This document shows, piece by piece, positions 8,917 to 19,512 of a stretch of 64,000 nucleotides of DNA. This DNA comes from a bacterium UBP11_UBA4055 (GTDB lineage: Bacteria > UBA4055), in contig DFZN01000043.1 in assembly GCA_002382735.1 (NCBI GenBank), positions 35,543-99,542 on the forward strand, read 5' to 3'. The notes beneath the pieces were generated by a model. The model made no database searches. It was not told the DNA's origin and saw nothing but the letters and a program-made list of their open reading frames with translations. Every line of letters starts with the position of its first letter. Position 1 is the first letter of the stretch. The translations under genes and the position numbers were made by a program.

Positions 8917-9382
8917 ATTTATTGAAAAATTTTGTGATCCTGTCCATTTCCCGTTTTACTTCCCTTTCCTTTATCGCATCTCTCTTCTCGTATTCCCTTT
9001 TGCCTTTGCAGAGCCCGATCTCTACCTTGATCAGATGCATCTTTCTGTATATTCTTAAAGGTATGACAGTCAGCCCTGTATTCTGAAGTTTGATCTGAAG
9101 TTTTTTCAGTTCCTTTTTCTTCATTAACAGCTTTCTGTTCCTTGTTGTTTCGTGATTGAAAATGTTTGCCTCTCTGAACTCCGAGACATGCATTCCCACA
9201 ATAAAAAGCTCGTTATCGAAAAACCTTGCGTAACATTCCTTCAGCGATACTTTTCCTGCTTTTATCGATTTGACTTCACTGCCGACGAGAACTATTCCGG
9301 CTTCATATTTCTCCAGTATCTCGTAATCGTGGAAAGCCTTCTTGTTCTGCGCCAGATTTGTATTTTTCGCTTCTTTAGCCAT
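8915..9382 (-). CDS. smpB: SsrA-binding protein SmpB
   Basis: NKKAFHDYEILEKYEAGIVLVGSEVKSIK, RNRKLLM, KREYEKRDAIKERE. Confidence 0.98.
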   Translation of the reverse strand: MAKEAKNTNLAQNKKAFHDYEILEKYEAGIVLVGSEVKSIKAGKVSLKECYARFFDNELFIVGMHVSEFREANIFNHETTRNRKLLMKKKELKKLQIKLQNTGLTVIPLRIYRKMHLIKVEIGLCKGKREYEKRDAIKEREVKREMDRITKFFNK

Positions 9383-9419
9383 TATGCCTTTTAGTTAACT
9401 CATCTTGCGTATTCCGAAC

Positions 9420-9446
9420 AAAAAGACGCGTAAACGCGTCTTTTTT
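9420..9446 (-). terminator. Intrinsic terminator after the lipoprotein gene
   Basis: AAAAA-GACGCG-taaa-CGCGTC-TTTTTT. Confidence 0.75.
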
Positions 9447-9474
9447 ATGTTACGGTATCTCATAACATTACATT

Positions 9475-10422
9475 TTATTCGATACCTGTAAAATCGCCTA
9501 TCGAGAATTCAATTATAGGGTTTTGTTTGCTGTTATCGTATTTTATGCTCATGGGATATTCGGTCTTTTCGAAAACACCCTTTTTTCTAATAATGTATTT
9601 ATTTATGTTCTCAATATCTTCGACGCTGTAGAATATCTCTCCTATCAGTTCAAATATAAGAACATTTGCGTCCTCATTTGAAAAACCGTCGGAATTATTA
9701 ATAACATGAATACCTATCACCTGACCTTCCTTCATGCTGAAATACAGCGATGTCTGTTTTTCCGTGAATTTAAGGGTTTTTGTAGCGTTCTGAGTATAAA
9801 CGAGATCTTCGGTATATTTGGGCGTCAGATATGATGAGAGCTGCTGATAAGTCATTTTCATCACTGACCTGCTGTCATTCCTCGCAGAAGCGATCGCGAG
9901 ATTATACTCCTTTTCTTTCTGCATTTCAATATTCTTACGCTGCCTTTCTTCTTCGCGTTTCTTTTGTTTTTCGACTTCGTTCTTCCTTCTTACTATCTCC
10001 ATTTCTGTGAGCTCATACGGTTCCGAGTAATAATCCGTGTCAAAGAAGAATTTGTTCTTGGTGAAACCTTCAATGTAGCCGCGCTCTTTATTAAATACTC
10101 TTATTCTTGTAAGTTCAAGACCGAGCTTTCCGTCAACGATCTCAACGAACTCTCTTGAGTAAACATAAGTTACAGGTTCGGCAAATTTAGATTCATCGGC
10201 ATATACCGGCACCTTACGGTTCTTGATCCACCTGAATTTTGACCAGTGAGGTTCGAGCTTAGTCTTATAAAATTCTTTCCCTTCCTCATCCGTAATAATA
10301 TCTTCCGAAACTTTTGCAGCTTCATATTTGCCGCCTTCTCTGTTTTCGTCTATCGTAAACTTTTTTTGTGCGCATCCGAAAAGCAGCAGTACCGTCATCA
10401 GAACAAATAAATATCTTATCAT
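9475..10422 (-). CDS. Hypothetical lipoprotein
   Basis: Signal peptide with lipobox LLLFGC; central charged coiled coil. Confidence 0.75.
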   Translation of the reverse strand: MIRYLFVLMTVLLLFGCAQKKFTIDENREGGKYEAAKVSEDIITDEEGKEFYKTKLEPHWSKFRWIKNRKVPVYADESKFAEPVTYVYSREFVEIVDGKLGLELTRIRVFNKERGYIEGFTKNKFFFDTDYYSEPYELTEMEIVRRKNEVEKQKKREEERQRKNIEMQKEKEYNLAIASARNDSRSVMKMTYQQLSSYLTPKYTEDLVYTQNATKTLKFTEKQTSLYFSMKEGQVIGIHVINNSDGFSNEDANVLIFELIGEIFYSVEDIENINKYIIRKKGVFEKTEYPMSIKYDNSKQNPIIEFSIGDFTGIE

Positions 10423-10450
10423 AGATTTAACCTCATCACTTAGGTAAGGA

Positions 10451-11509
10451 TTAATTATTTAACCTTTCGATCTCTCCGAGCCAAAAATCAACTGACTGCT
10501 TGGTGAGAAAATCCTCCTGAGCTATCATAAGCGACCTTTTAGCCTCGTCATACTTTTTCATTTTTACCAGTGCTATAGCCCGTTCAAGATGACCGAGGCT
10601 GTATTTTGCGTCCTTGCTGTATGTGATCGCTTTATCGGCATATTCGAGTGCGCTTATCGCCCTTCCCTGTACATTATACAACTGGGAAAGTCTGACGCAG
10701 AGTTCGTAGAATTTTCTGTAGCCTTTTGGTCCGAGCTGTATTCCTTTGAGGAAAACCGAAATGGCCTCATCGGTCAGCCTGTCCTTCTCCTCTTTTCCTT
10801 TTACGAGGTTGCTCTGCTCAACAAGGCTCCCGCCCAAAGCATTGTATATCTTATGGTCTTTCGGATCCAGTTTTAGAGCTTTCCGATAATATTCTACAGC
10901 TTTTCCCGGATCGTTCTTTTTTGTAACATATACGCCGCCGATAAGATAGAATGCATTTTCAGGTTTATAGTATTTCGACATCTTTAAATAATATTCGATG
11001 GCTCTGTCGGGATTGGAGTGAATTATATCATTACCGACCTTATAATATATCTTTCCCTTGTCCTCGGTGTTCTTCATTCCTTCAAGATACTTTTCCATTT
11101 CGGTGAAATTACCCAAGTCCGCGCATACATCCGCAGCCTGGTAATAAGCTTCATCAAAGTCGTCCTTAATAGCTATCGCTTCTTTGAATTTCTCGAGGGC
11201 TTCTTTTAGATTTTTGTCTTTTTTAAGCTGTATCCCCTGATTGTAAGCCGCTTTGTGGAGATTTTCCGACTCGTCTTTGCATTTGAGGTAATCTTTTCTG
11301 AGATTCTCAGACTCTTCCCAGAGAAGGTTATACTTAGGAAGAAGTTCGTCGTACTGAGCCTTTGTGATATCCGTGCTCTTCATTTTGGTCTCGATTTCTT
11401 TCCATGCATCGAGTTTGTCTTCAAAAAGCTTTTTCTTATCTCCGCAGGTCTCTGCGAGAAGTGAGGCGGTTAAGGCAAATATCATCAGGTTTATAAGTAT
11501 TAAACGCAT
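10451..11509 (-). CDS. Exported TPR-repeat protein
   Basis: Signal peptide MRLILINLMIFALTASLLA (start 11509, SD GGAG); TPR motifs AVEYYRKALKLDP, IYNALG. Confidence 0.85.
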   Translation of the reverse strand: MRLILINLMIFALTASLLAETCGDKKKLFEDKLDAWKEIETKMKSTDITKAQYDELLPKYNLLWEESENLRKDYLKCKDESENLHKAAYNQGIQLKKDKNLKEALEKFKEAIAIKDDFDEAYYQAADVCADLGNFTEMEKYLEGMKNTEDKGKIYYKVGNDIIHSNPDRAIEYYLKMSKYYKPENAFYLIGGVYVTKKNDPGKAVEYYRKALKLDPKDHKIYNALGGSLVEQSNLVKGKEEKDRLTDEAISVFLKGIQLGPKGYRKFYELCVRLSQLYNVQGRAISALEYADKAITYSKDAKYSLGHLERAIALVKMKKYDEAKRSLMIAQEDFLTKQSVDFWLGEIERLNN

Positions 11510-11588
11510 CTTTTTCTCCGTTACATTTTCATTCAGTTTTAAAAGAGTATGTAAAAAACTCAAAAAATATTGATTTCGCAAGTGAAAA

Positions 11589-13961
11589 TTATACTTTTTT
11601 TTGAGCTCCTATTTTCTTTTTTAAAGCTATTTTGAGCACATCGTCAATATGATCTACCGGAATGATGTTGAGGTGGTCAAGCACTTCTTTAGGGATTTCT
11701 TCGAGATCTTTCTGATTATCATGCGGTATTATTACGGTCTTTATCCCCGCTTTCTGAGCCGCAATGATCTTTTCTCTTAATCCCCCGATCTCCATCGCTT
11801 TACCCCTAAGGGATATTTCTCCGGTCATTGCCACATCTTTTCTTACGGGGTTTTTCGTGTAAAGGGATATTATCGCGGTTGTGATCGCGAGTCCGGCGGA
11901 AGGTCCGTCCTTGGGGGTCGCTCCGTCAGGAACATGAATATGAAGATCCGATTTTTCATATTTTTTCAGATCAACTCCCAGAGCATTTGCATTTGCTCTC
12001 ATATAGCTTATCGCTATTTCAGCCGATTCTTTCATCACATCTCCCAGCTGACCTGTTATCTTGACCCTTCCAGAACCTTTCATCAGATTGGCCTCAATGA
12101 ACAATATCGCACCCCCGGCCGGAGACCATGCAAGTCCTGTACAAACTCCCACTTCGTCCTTCCTGTTCGCCATTTCCGGCGTGATGAACTTGTTGCCGAG
12201 GTATTCCCTGACCTTCTTTTCATCAATTTTTACACCTGTCTTCTCGCCTTTTGCTTTCATCACCGCAACTTTTCTACATATCTTTTCGATCCTTTGTTCC
12301 AGTTTACGAACGCCGGCCTCTCTTGTAAAGTTCTGAACTATATGTTCAACAGCCTTTTTTGTGAACCTGATATCATTTGCGTTAAGCCCGTTCTGCTTCA
12401 TCTGTCTTTTTATTATGTAGTTTTCCGCGATCGCTACTTTTTCCTGTATAATGTAGCTGGGAAATTCGATTATCTCCATTCTGTCGTAGAGGGGTTCGGG
12501 AATATATTCTGGATAATTCGCCGTCATGATGAACATTATTTTTGAAAGATCGAACGGGACATCAAGATAATGGTCCACGAATGCGGAGTTCTGCTCAGGA
12601 TCGAGTGCTTCGAGAAGCGCTGCGGCGGGGTCTCCCTGATTGCTGATCGTGAGTTTGTCAATTTCGTCGAGCATCATGACCGGATTACGCACGCCTGCCT
12701 GCCTCAGCTGCTTTATTATTATCCCCGGCATCGAGCCTATATATGTCCTCCTGTGGCCCCTGATCTCCGCTTCGTCCCTTACTCCTCCGAGTGATGCGCG
12801 GGCGAACTTTCTCCCCATGGCCCTCGCGATAGACTTTCCTATCGATGTTTTACCTGTTCCGGGAGGTCCCACCAGGCACAGAATGCTTCCTTTCGAATCT
12901 TCGGTGAGCATTCTTACCGCCATATATTCAAGTATCCTTTCCTTGATCTCCTTCATTCCGTAGTGGTCCTCATCGAGTATTTTCCTGGCTTTTTCGATGT
13001 CTATGTCCCCACTCTCCTCCTCGTTCCAGGGAAGATCCAGAAGCCAGTCCAGATATGTTCTCGCGACTGTGTATTCGCTTGATGCGGATGACATTCTGTT
13101 CAGTCTCTTCAGCTCTCTTTTTGCCGATATCTGGGCCTGCTCGGGAAGTTTTTTCTTTGACAGTTTTTTCTGAAGGTCCTCCAGCTCCTGAGATTCATCC
13201 TCGGTCTCACCAAGCTCCTTCTTTATAGCTCTAAGCTGCTCCCTCAGGTAATAATCTTTCTGGTCTTTTTCAAGCTCTTCGTCAACATCTTCCTGGATCT
13301 TTGTGGTCAGCTTAAGCAGTTTAAGCTCTTTGTTTAGGTACGACGAAAGCAGTATCAGCCTTTCTTCAATATCCGTTTCCTCGAGTATCTTCTGCCTTTT
13401 GTCAATTGTCAGGTTCAGGTTCGATGCAATAAAATCCGCTACTTTTGACGGTGTTTTTATCGTATTCAGAGCTATCCGAAGCTCATCGGGAATGTTGTGG
13501 GAAAGATTAATGATCTCTGTGAAAGTCTCTGTCACCGACCTCAGAAGTGCGGTAAGTTTCAGGCTCTGGGTCTTTTTTTCCTTTAACGGCTCCACTCTGC
13601 CTACGATATAGGGAAGTTCTTTCTCTATCCTCTTAAGTTCTATCCTTCCCAGTCCCTGTACAAGCAGTCTGGCGGAATTGTCCCTGTCGCCCCGGAACAT
13701 TCTCAGTATAAGTACCGCTGTGCCTACATTATAAATTTCAGATTTCTTTGATGTTCCGGAATCGTCAGGCTTGTTGGCGAATATACCGACGATCTTCGTA
13801 GTACTTACTGAATCATTTATAAGTTTGATCAGAGATTCGTCATTAACTATCAGGGGCATAATGACATTAGGAAAAACGACCATGTTCATTAATGGAAGAA
13901 TGGGCAATCTGTCAGGAATGCTGAATGTTTTTCTGTTCTGATTATTGTTCTGCGCTGGCAT
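11589..13961 (-). CDS. lon: Lon ATP-dependent protease
   Basis: LPILPL N-domain, GPPGTGKTS, RRTYIGSMPG, KDGPSAG (Ser), IGGLREK (Lys). Confidence 0.99.
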   Translation of the reverse strand: MPAQNNNQNRKTFSIPDRLPILPLMNMVVFPNVIMPLIVNDESLIKLINDSVSTTKIVGIFANKPDDSGTSKKSEIYNVGTAVLILRMFRGDRDNSARLLVQGLGRIELKRIEKELPYIVGRVEPLKEKKTQSLKLTALLRSVTETFTEIINLSHNIPDELRIALNTIKTPSKVADFIASNLNLTIDKRQKILEETDIEERLILLSSYLNKELKLLKLTTKIQEDVDEELEKDQKDYYLREQLRAIKKELGETEDESQELEDLQKKLSKKKLPEQAQISAKRELKRLNRMSSASSEYTVARTYLDWLLDLPWNEEESGDIDIEKARKILDEDHYGMKEIKERILEYMAVRMLTEDSKGSILCLVGPPGTGKTSIGKSIARAMGRKFARASLGGVRDEAEIRGHRRTYIGSMPGIIIKQLRQAGVRNPVMMLDEIDKLTISNQGDPAAALLEALDPEQNSAFVDHYLDVPFDLSKIMFIMTANYPEYIPEPLYDRMEIIEFPSYIIQEKVAIAENYIIKRQMKQNGLNANDIRFTKKAVEHIVQNFTREAGVRKLEQRIEKICRKVAVMKAKGEKTGVKIDEKKVREYLGNKFITPEMANRKDEVGVCTGLAWSPAGGAILFIEANLMKGSGRVKITGQLGDVMKESAEIAISYMRANANALGVDLKKYEKSDLHIHVPDGATPKDGPSAGLAITTAIISLYTKNPVRKDVAMTGEISLRGKAMEIGGLREKIIAAQKAGIKTVIIPHDNQKDLEEIPKEVLDHLNIIPVDHIDDVLKIALKKKIGAQKKV

Positions 13962-13982
13962 TTTGTCCTCCGGATATATGTA

Positions 13983-14387
13983 TTAAAGCTTTTTTGCCGT
14001 GATTATGTAGAAACCCTTTTTATAACACTGTCTTACGGAAGAAAGGTCTATCGCAAAAGGAAGGTTGACAACTCTTTCGAAGGGTCCGAAATCGATCTCC
14101 ATCTTATGGTAATGCCTTTTTCTGTCACACCCGATCTGATCCCTGATGCCCTTGATTATAAGATGATCATCATCTACTTCAAGTTCCACTTTTTCTGGAT
14201 CAATATAGGAAAGATCGGCGACGATATAGAGCTCTTCTTTTATCTCGTAAACATCCACTCTCGGCCTCCAACCCACCGACTCGTCACATATAAATGTTTT
14301 GTGGCTGTTGAAATAATGATACTGGTCTGATTCGTAGATTATGCTGTCCGCATTGTACTTTATCAGTTTCTTTCTGAACTTGTCCAT
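13983..14387 (-). CDS. Hsp20/alpha-crystallin small heat-shock protein
   Basis: WRPRVDVYE, LIIKGIR, MEIDFGPFERVVNLP. Confidence 0.9.
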   Translation of the reverse strand: MDKFRKKLIKYNADSIIYESDQYHYFNSHKTFICDESVGWRPRVDVYEIKEELYIVADLSYIDPEKVELEVDDDHLIIKGIRDQIGCDRKRHYHKMEIDFGPFERVVNLPFAIDLSSVRQCYKKGFYIITAKKL

Positions 14388-14407
14388 CTGTTTCCCTCCG
14401 GAGATGA

Positions 14408-17400
14408 TTATATAGCCCAGTACTTATTCTGAAAATTCTCTCTTTTTTCAGAGGGCATATTACCTATAAGCTTTTCTGAAAGAAGATTAAGCTTTTCTTC
14501 AAAGAATTCCGCATTTCTTTTCTGAGATCTGTTCCTGAAATAAAAAAATGAGGATAGTATAGGAAAATAGCTGTCGAAAATATATCCCTTTGCGTAATTC
14601 TCTTTTCCCAGTTTCACGGTCGTTTTTAGAGAATAAGCGTAGTTTTCGCTTATCAGGCTTTCGATCACATCGAAATAGTCGTATATATGAGGAGTATCTG
14701 AAAATGATGATTTCAGCTCTCCGATCAAGCCTGTCAGCCGTGAGTTATTCCGGTCACCTTCATAATTGTTGGCCGAATTATTGAAATATTTCATGAGAAG
14801 AAGCATTTTTATATACCTTGCTGAAACCTTCGGGAGCTCCTGTATTATCTTTTCAGTAACTTCTTTTGAGTACATGGAGAAAAGCAGTTCGATCTGACTT
14901 AACAGAACTTTCATTGCCGGAGAGTTTTCAAGTTCGGGATATATCCTCAGAATATTCTTCTGATAGGCGTCATAACCTTCGGGGTCTTTTATTATGTAAT
15001 GGTAATACGCGAGTGACACGATGAATCTTTTTATCTCGTCCTTATTCGCCACTTTGGAAACAAGGTTCATAGCGAAGCGTATGTTGATCTCCACATCGCG
15101 CCACCGTCCGGTACCGATCAGAAAATTTACATATTTGCTGTATATCCTGAAAAGCCCCAGGTAATCCCTGAACCTTTTACCGAGTGTTATGGCTTTCTCG
15201 AATTCTATATCCACTTTGGCGGCACTCATCCTCATATTGCTCATCGCCTCTACCTTATCGGAGATCACCGTGATCAGGTTGTTCCCTATTGTCTTCTTTA
15301 TCGATATCTGTTCTATCGCGGAGAGAAGCTCATATGCTCTCTTCAGCTTCCCGCTCCTGAGCATAAGGTTCGCATAGAGATACTTAAGGGTAAGTTCTTC
15401 GACCTTGTTAATATCGTGCGAATGATTTTTCAGGAGGGTTTCGCAAAGTTCGGCTGCTGTCCTGCTTTTTCTTGTCACGATCAGGTCGAGTATCAGTGCA
15501 AGATTAATGTCCAGAGTCTCTGCCGGATATACGAAATCCGCCTCAAGATATTTGTAAATATGTATCAGTTTCAGATATATTTCTGACTTCTGAATAAGCG
15601 AGGCGTTAGAGAAATACACGCCCACGGCAGAAACGGCTTTAAGAGTCGTATCGTCAAGAACGGCAGAATTCTTTTTCAGTTCATGTTCAATCAGATCTCT
15701 GCATATCTTTATTCTTCCGGTTCTTGTGAGGAATGTCAGCCTCTTGAAAAAAACTTTCAGATACTGGTCGAAATCGCCCGTTCTCTTTAACACGGAAGAA
15801 GCTTTCTTAAGAAATTCCGATTTTTTGTGGAGAGATATCTGGGTTCTGGAAAAACAGATGCTGTCGGATATTATTTGTGCGTATTCCGCGGATCTTTTTG
15901 GTATTTTGATATTTTTAAGAAGCTCTTTATAATATGTAAACGCTTCGTCAAAACTGCCCATGGATATCAGGAGAAGATAGAGATCTTTCAGTATCGAAAC
16001 TCTTGTTTTCGTTGTAATATTGAAACTCTTGTAATAGAATATCAGAAAATTCTTTCTGTCAATGTTCAGGCTATGTTCCCTGCAGTATTCAATTGTTTCC
16101 TTAAGCTGTTTTTTCTTTATTCTGCCTTCCGCCGACGATTTTATCAGGCAATAAGTATATGTTATAAGGCTTCTTTTCTTCTTTGCCCCGTAATACTCAG
16201 TCAGCCTGTCATAAAAACTCTGCCTGTCCTCTTTCGAAACATTTCTGATCACTTTTGTAAAATTTTCGTTCTTGATGAAAAAATATTTATCCCCTCTCTT
16301 GATCCTGAAATCGATAAGGCTCATGCGCTGCAGCTTGGACATTATACTTCTCAGGTCATCAATATCGAATATATGCCTGATCTTGTCATAATTTGCACCT
16401 TCGTCGAATTTACCGGCTATGAAAAGGAATATGAACTTCTCGTTCTGGGACAGATTTGCGAACCTTGCCTGATAGATATCGATGATCTTGGAGTGGTAGC
16501 TTATATTCTCCGGAAATTCAAATTCATACCTGCCCTCTTTGAGATTGAAGTATTTGTGAGATATAAGAAATTCAAGATAGCTTTTGACCAGGAACATATT
16601 GCCGTTGCTTTCTTTCATCACATAAGGGATGATCTTATCGTCAATGTTCTCAGGGGCTGTTCTGAGCAGAAAGGAGATATACTTTTTAATCTCGATTATT
16701 TTAAGATTTTCGATATAAAACCTTTTGGGAGGTATCAGATAGTAAATATCCTCGTATGACTTGAGCCTGCATTCCTGCCTGTCAACGAGATCGATGTCTA
16801 TCGAAAGGATCACAAATAGAGGTGATGTAACCGAAAGGTTAAAGATAAAGGTCATCAGGTCTTTACCTGTATCCTCCAGGTTCGTTATGTCGTCGATCAG
16901 CAGCAGAATGGACTGTTTTGTGTTAAGGTTGTCGAATATTTCCTTTATAACTGTCCTTATTTTGAAAATCAGCTCTCTGTCCTGCACGAATGACCCGTCC
17001 GTATTTATCAGAGCGTTAGCTTTATCGAATATCCCGCTGCTTGTTTCATTCTTGTCCAGAAACCCGATAAGACCGAAGATCAGTTTTCTGAAAAATATAT
17101 TAACGGTACCTTCCTCTTTCTCGACCGTAAAGTAAAGGGACGGAATTCTGTTGAGCTGTGATTTGATATTGAAAGAGTCCATCAGCTGCGTTTTTCCGTT
17201 GCCGTTCTCCGAAATGACCGATATAAGCATTCCCGTTCTCTTTTCGGTTCTCAGACAGAAGTTCAGGTATTCGTCCTGAAGTTCGGTAAGAAGGTTATTC
17301 TTGTCGTAATACTCGTTGTTGAAGATGGTCTCGATCCTCTCCTCTTCCTCTCTTATGTTCATTTCAAGAGCCGTCTCGAGATACAGAATGAGCTGCTGGG

Positions 17401-18172
17401 CGGAATGTATCCTGTCCTCTTTTCTTGCAGCGCAGAGGTCTTTAATGAGATTCTTTACAAAATTTTCCCGGATCGAATTGAACGCTTCTTCCTCACGGAA
17501 TGCCTCTTCAAGTTTTTTTTGTACTATCTCCTTGACAGATTTGCATTCATCGAAGGGGAGCTTGTTTGAGAAAATATAATATATGACCATGCCCAGCGAA
17601 TACAGGTCCACTCTGTAATCAATATCCTTTTTAAGAAGGACTTCAGGTGCTATATATATCAGCGTTCCCCTGACTTTTCCGGAAAAATCCTCCACGAGAT
17701 TAGCGAGTCCGAAATCCATGACCTTTGCTTTAATTCCTTCCTTTTCCTTTATCAGAAAAATGTTGTCGGTCTTGATGTCAAAATGGATTATGTGCCTGTT
17801 ATGGATATAATTAAGACCTCTTGCGATCTGAAGAAGTATCTCCAGTTTTTCCTTGTAAGAAAGTTCCGGAAAAGCAGTTGTAAGGTTTTCCCCCTCAACG
17901 AACTCCATCGTGAAAAAATAGGTATCCGTATCTTTATATACATCAAGATCATATACTTTTATTATGTTCGGGTGTTTGAGCGCGCTTACGAGCTTGAACT
18001 CGTTCTTGAACCTGTCGATCGCCTTGTTAGAAAAGAATTTATCCTTGATGAGCTTCAGCGCGACGACCCTGTTCTCCACAAAATCCTTGACAAGGTAAAC
18101 ATTCCCCATACCGCCCTCTCCGAGAAGACGGATTATCTCATACCTGTCGTTTATTTTGCTTCCGGGCTCCAT
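14408..18172 (-). CDS. Ser/Thr protein kinase fused to a degenerate P-loop NTPase and helical repeats (1254 aa)
   Basis: LGEGGMG, VALK, HFDIKTDN, DFG, YIAPE; ENGNGKT (Walker A-like), LLIDD (Walker B); long alpha-helical C-terminus. Confidence 0.9.
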   Translation of the reverse strand: MEPGSKINDRYEIIRLLGEGGMGNVYLVKDFVENRVVALKLIKDKFFSNKAIDRFKNEFKLVSALKHPNIIKVYDLDVYKDTDTYFFTMEFVEGENLTTAFPELSYKEKLEILLQIARGLNYIHNRHIIHFDIKTDNIFLIKEKEGIKAKVMDFGLANLVEDFSGKVRGTLIYIAPEVLLKKDIDYRVDLYSLGMVIYYIFSNKLPFDECKSVKEIVQKKLEEAFREEEAFNSIRENFVKNLIKDLCAARKEDRIHSAQQLILYLETALEMNIREEEERIETIFNNEYYDKNNLLTELQDEYLNFCLRTEKRTGMLISVISENGNGKTQLMDSFNIKSQLNRIPSLYFTVEKEEGTVNIFFRKLIFGLIGFLDKNETSSGIFDKANALINTDGSFVQDRELIFKIRTVIKEIFDNLNTKQSILLLIDDITNLEDTGKDLMTFIFNLSVTSPLFVILSIDIDLVDRQECRLKSYEDIYYLIPPKRFYIENLKIIEIKKYISFLLRTAPENIDDKIIPYVMKESNGNMFLVKSYLEFLISHKYFNLKEGRYEFEFPENISYHSKIIDIYQARFANLSQNEKFIFLFIAGKFDEGANYDKIRHIFDIDDLRSIMSKLQRMSLIDFRIKRGDKYFFIKNENFTKVIRNVSKEDRQSFYDRLTEYYGAKKKRSLITYTYCLIKSSAEGRIKKKQLKETIEYCREHSLNIDRKNFLIFYYKSFNITTKTRVSILKDLYLLLISMGSFDEAFTYYKELLKNIKIPKRSAEYAQIISDSICFSRTQISLHKKSEFLKKASSVLKRTGDFDQYLKVFFKRLTFLTRTGRIKICRDLIEHELKKNSAVLDDTTLKAVSAVGVYFSNASLIQKSEIYLKLIHIYKYLEADFVYPAETLDINLALILDLIVTRKSRTAAELCETLLKNHSHDINKVEELTLKYLYANLMLRSGKLKRAYELLSAIEQISIKKTIGNNLITVISDKVEAMSNMRMSAAKVDIEFEKAITLGKRFRDYLGLFRIYSKYVNFLIGTGRWRDVEINIRFAMNLVSKVANKDEIKRFIVSLAYYHYIIKDPEGYDAYQKNILRIYPELENSPAMKVLLSQIELLFSMYSKEVTEKIIQELPKVSARYIKMLLLMKYFNNSANNYEGDRNNSRLTGLIGELKSSFSDTPHIYDYFDVIESLISENYAYSLKTTVKLGKENYAKGYIFDSYFPILSSFFYFRNRSQKRNAEFFEEKLNLLSEKLIGNMPSEKRENFQNKYWAI

Positions 18173-18181
18173 ACTGGCCTT

Positions 18182-19441
18182 CTATAATTTATCCGAGATC
18201 GGGTACATATCGATTATCTCTTCCCGTGATTTCCCGAGTATCCCGTACTTTTTCCCGACTTTAACGAACGCTTCGAGAGCCTTTTCGAGATGATGCTTCT
18301 CATGAGCTGCGGATATCTGTGTCCTTATCCTCGCTTTGCCTTTCGGCACTACCGGATAAAAGAATCCTGTCGCATATACGCCTTCCTCATACAGTGTCCT
18401 TGAGAAATCCTGTGAAAGTTTTGCGTTGAAGAGCATGACCGGAACGATCGGGCTTTGTGTTGGGGTTAAAATAAATCCTGCTTCCTGAAGACCGCTTTTC
18501 CAGAATTCCGTATTCTTGTCCAGTTTATCCTTCCTTTCTGACGAATGCATTATCATTTCCATCACCTTAAGCACTCCTCCCACGACCACCGGAGAAATGG
18601 AATTTGAAAAGAGATACGGCCTTGATCTCTGCCTGAGGATGTCGATTATTTCCTGCCTTCCGGAAATGCAGCCTCCTGACGCCCCGCCGAGAGCCTTACC
18701 GAAAGTAGTGCTTATGAGGTCCACCTCGCCCATGACATTCATAAGCTCATGAGTACCTCTTCCGGTCTTACCCATAAAACCTGTGGCGTGAGAATCATCG
18801 ACCATGACGAGAGCTTTATACATTTTTGCCAGCTCGCAGATCTTATCAACTTTCGCCACCGTTCCGTCCATCGAGAACACGCCGTCGGTTACGATAAGTT
18901 TTACCTTATAATCCCTCTCTTCCTCAAGTTTGAGCTGAAGATCGTCCATGTCGTTATTCGCGTATCTGATCTTTTTTGCCTTACAAAGCCTTGTACCGTC
19001 AATTATTGAGGCGTGATTCAGCGCATCGGTGAAGATCGCGCAGTCCTCGTCAAGAAGAGCTTCGAAAACACCGAGATTCGCATCAAAAGCGGACGAGTAA
19101 AGTATTGTGTCGTCCATGCCCAGAAAAAGCGACACCTTGTTTTCGAGCTCGACATGAATATCCTGGGTACCGCAGATGAACCTTACCGACGACATCCCGT
19201 AGCCTCTCGTTGTCAGAATATCCCTGGCCGCGGTTATTACATCAGGATGGTTCGACATGCCGAGATAATTATTCGAGCAGATGTTTACTATACCTTCGGA
19301 TCTTACTCCATTGGGATATTCGACATCGATATCCGCATACTGCGGAGACATTATCTTTCTTTCCTGTTTGTAAAGACTGCCTTCTCTGATCTGCTCAAGC
19401 TGATCAGTGTAGAACTTCTTCATTTCCCTGTCGAATGCCAA
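18182..19441 (-). CDS. kbl: Glycine C-acetyltransferase / alpha-oxoamine synthase, copy with canonical Kbl motifs
   Basis: CSNNYLG, SSVRFICGTQ, DALNHASIIDG.RLCKA, DDSH, TFGKALGG, ARIRTQISAAH. Confidence 0.9.
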   Translation of the reverse strand: MAFDREMKKFYTDQLEQIREGSLYKQERKIMSPQYADIDVEYPNGVRSEGIVNICSNNYLGMSNHPDVITAARDILTTRGYGMSSVRFICGTQDIHVELENKVSLFLGMDDTILYSSAFDANLGVFEALLDEDCAIFTDALNHASIIDGTRLCKAKKIRYANNDMDDLQLKLEEERDYKVKLIVTDGVFSMDGTVAKVDKICELAKMYKALVMVDDSHATGFMGKTGRGTHELMNVMGEVDLISTTFGKALGGASGGCISGRQEIIDILRQRSRPYLFSNSISPVVVGGVLKVMEMIMHSSERKDKLDKNTEFWKSGLQEAGFILTPTQSPIVPVMLFNAKLSQDFSRTLYEEGVYATGFFYPVVPKGKARIRTQISAAHEKHHLEKALEAFVKVGKKYGILGKSREEIIDMYPISDKL

Positions 19442-19512
19442 CTGATACCTCTGCTGATATAACAGCTTTAAGTTTATTATTTATCCGGATCCTCTCGGAT
19501 CCAAGCCCGGCT

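Noticed and set aside
15827-16759. 310-aa plus-strand ORF and other long antisense ORFs (e.g. 7868-8422, 11934-12545, 48556-49323, 56767-57360)
   Set aside because: Shadows of well-supported genes on the opposite strand, with no recognisable motifs
19484-19503. GGATCC-tctc-GGATCC hairpin between the two AOS genes
   Set aside because: Short stem with no U-tract; cannot be called a terminator
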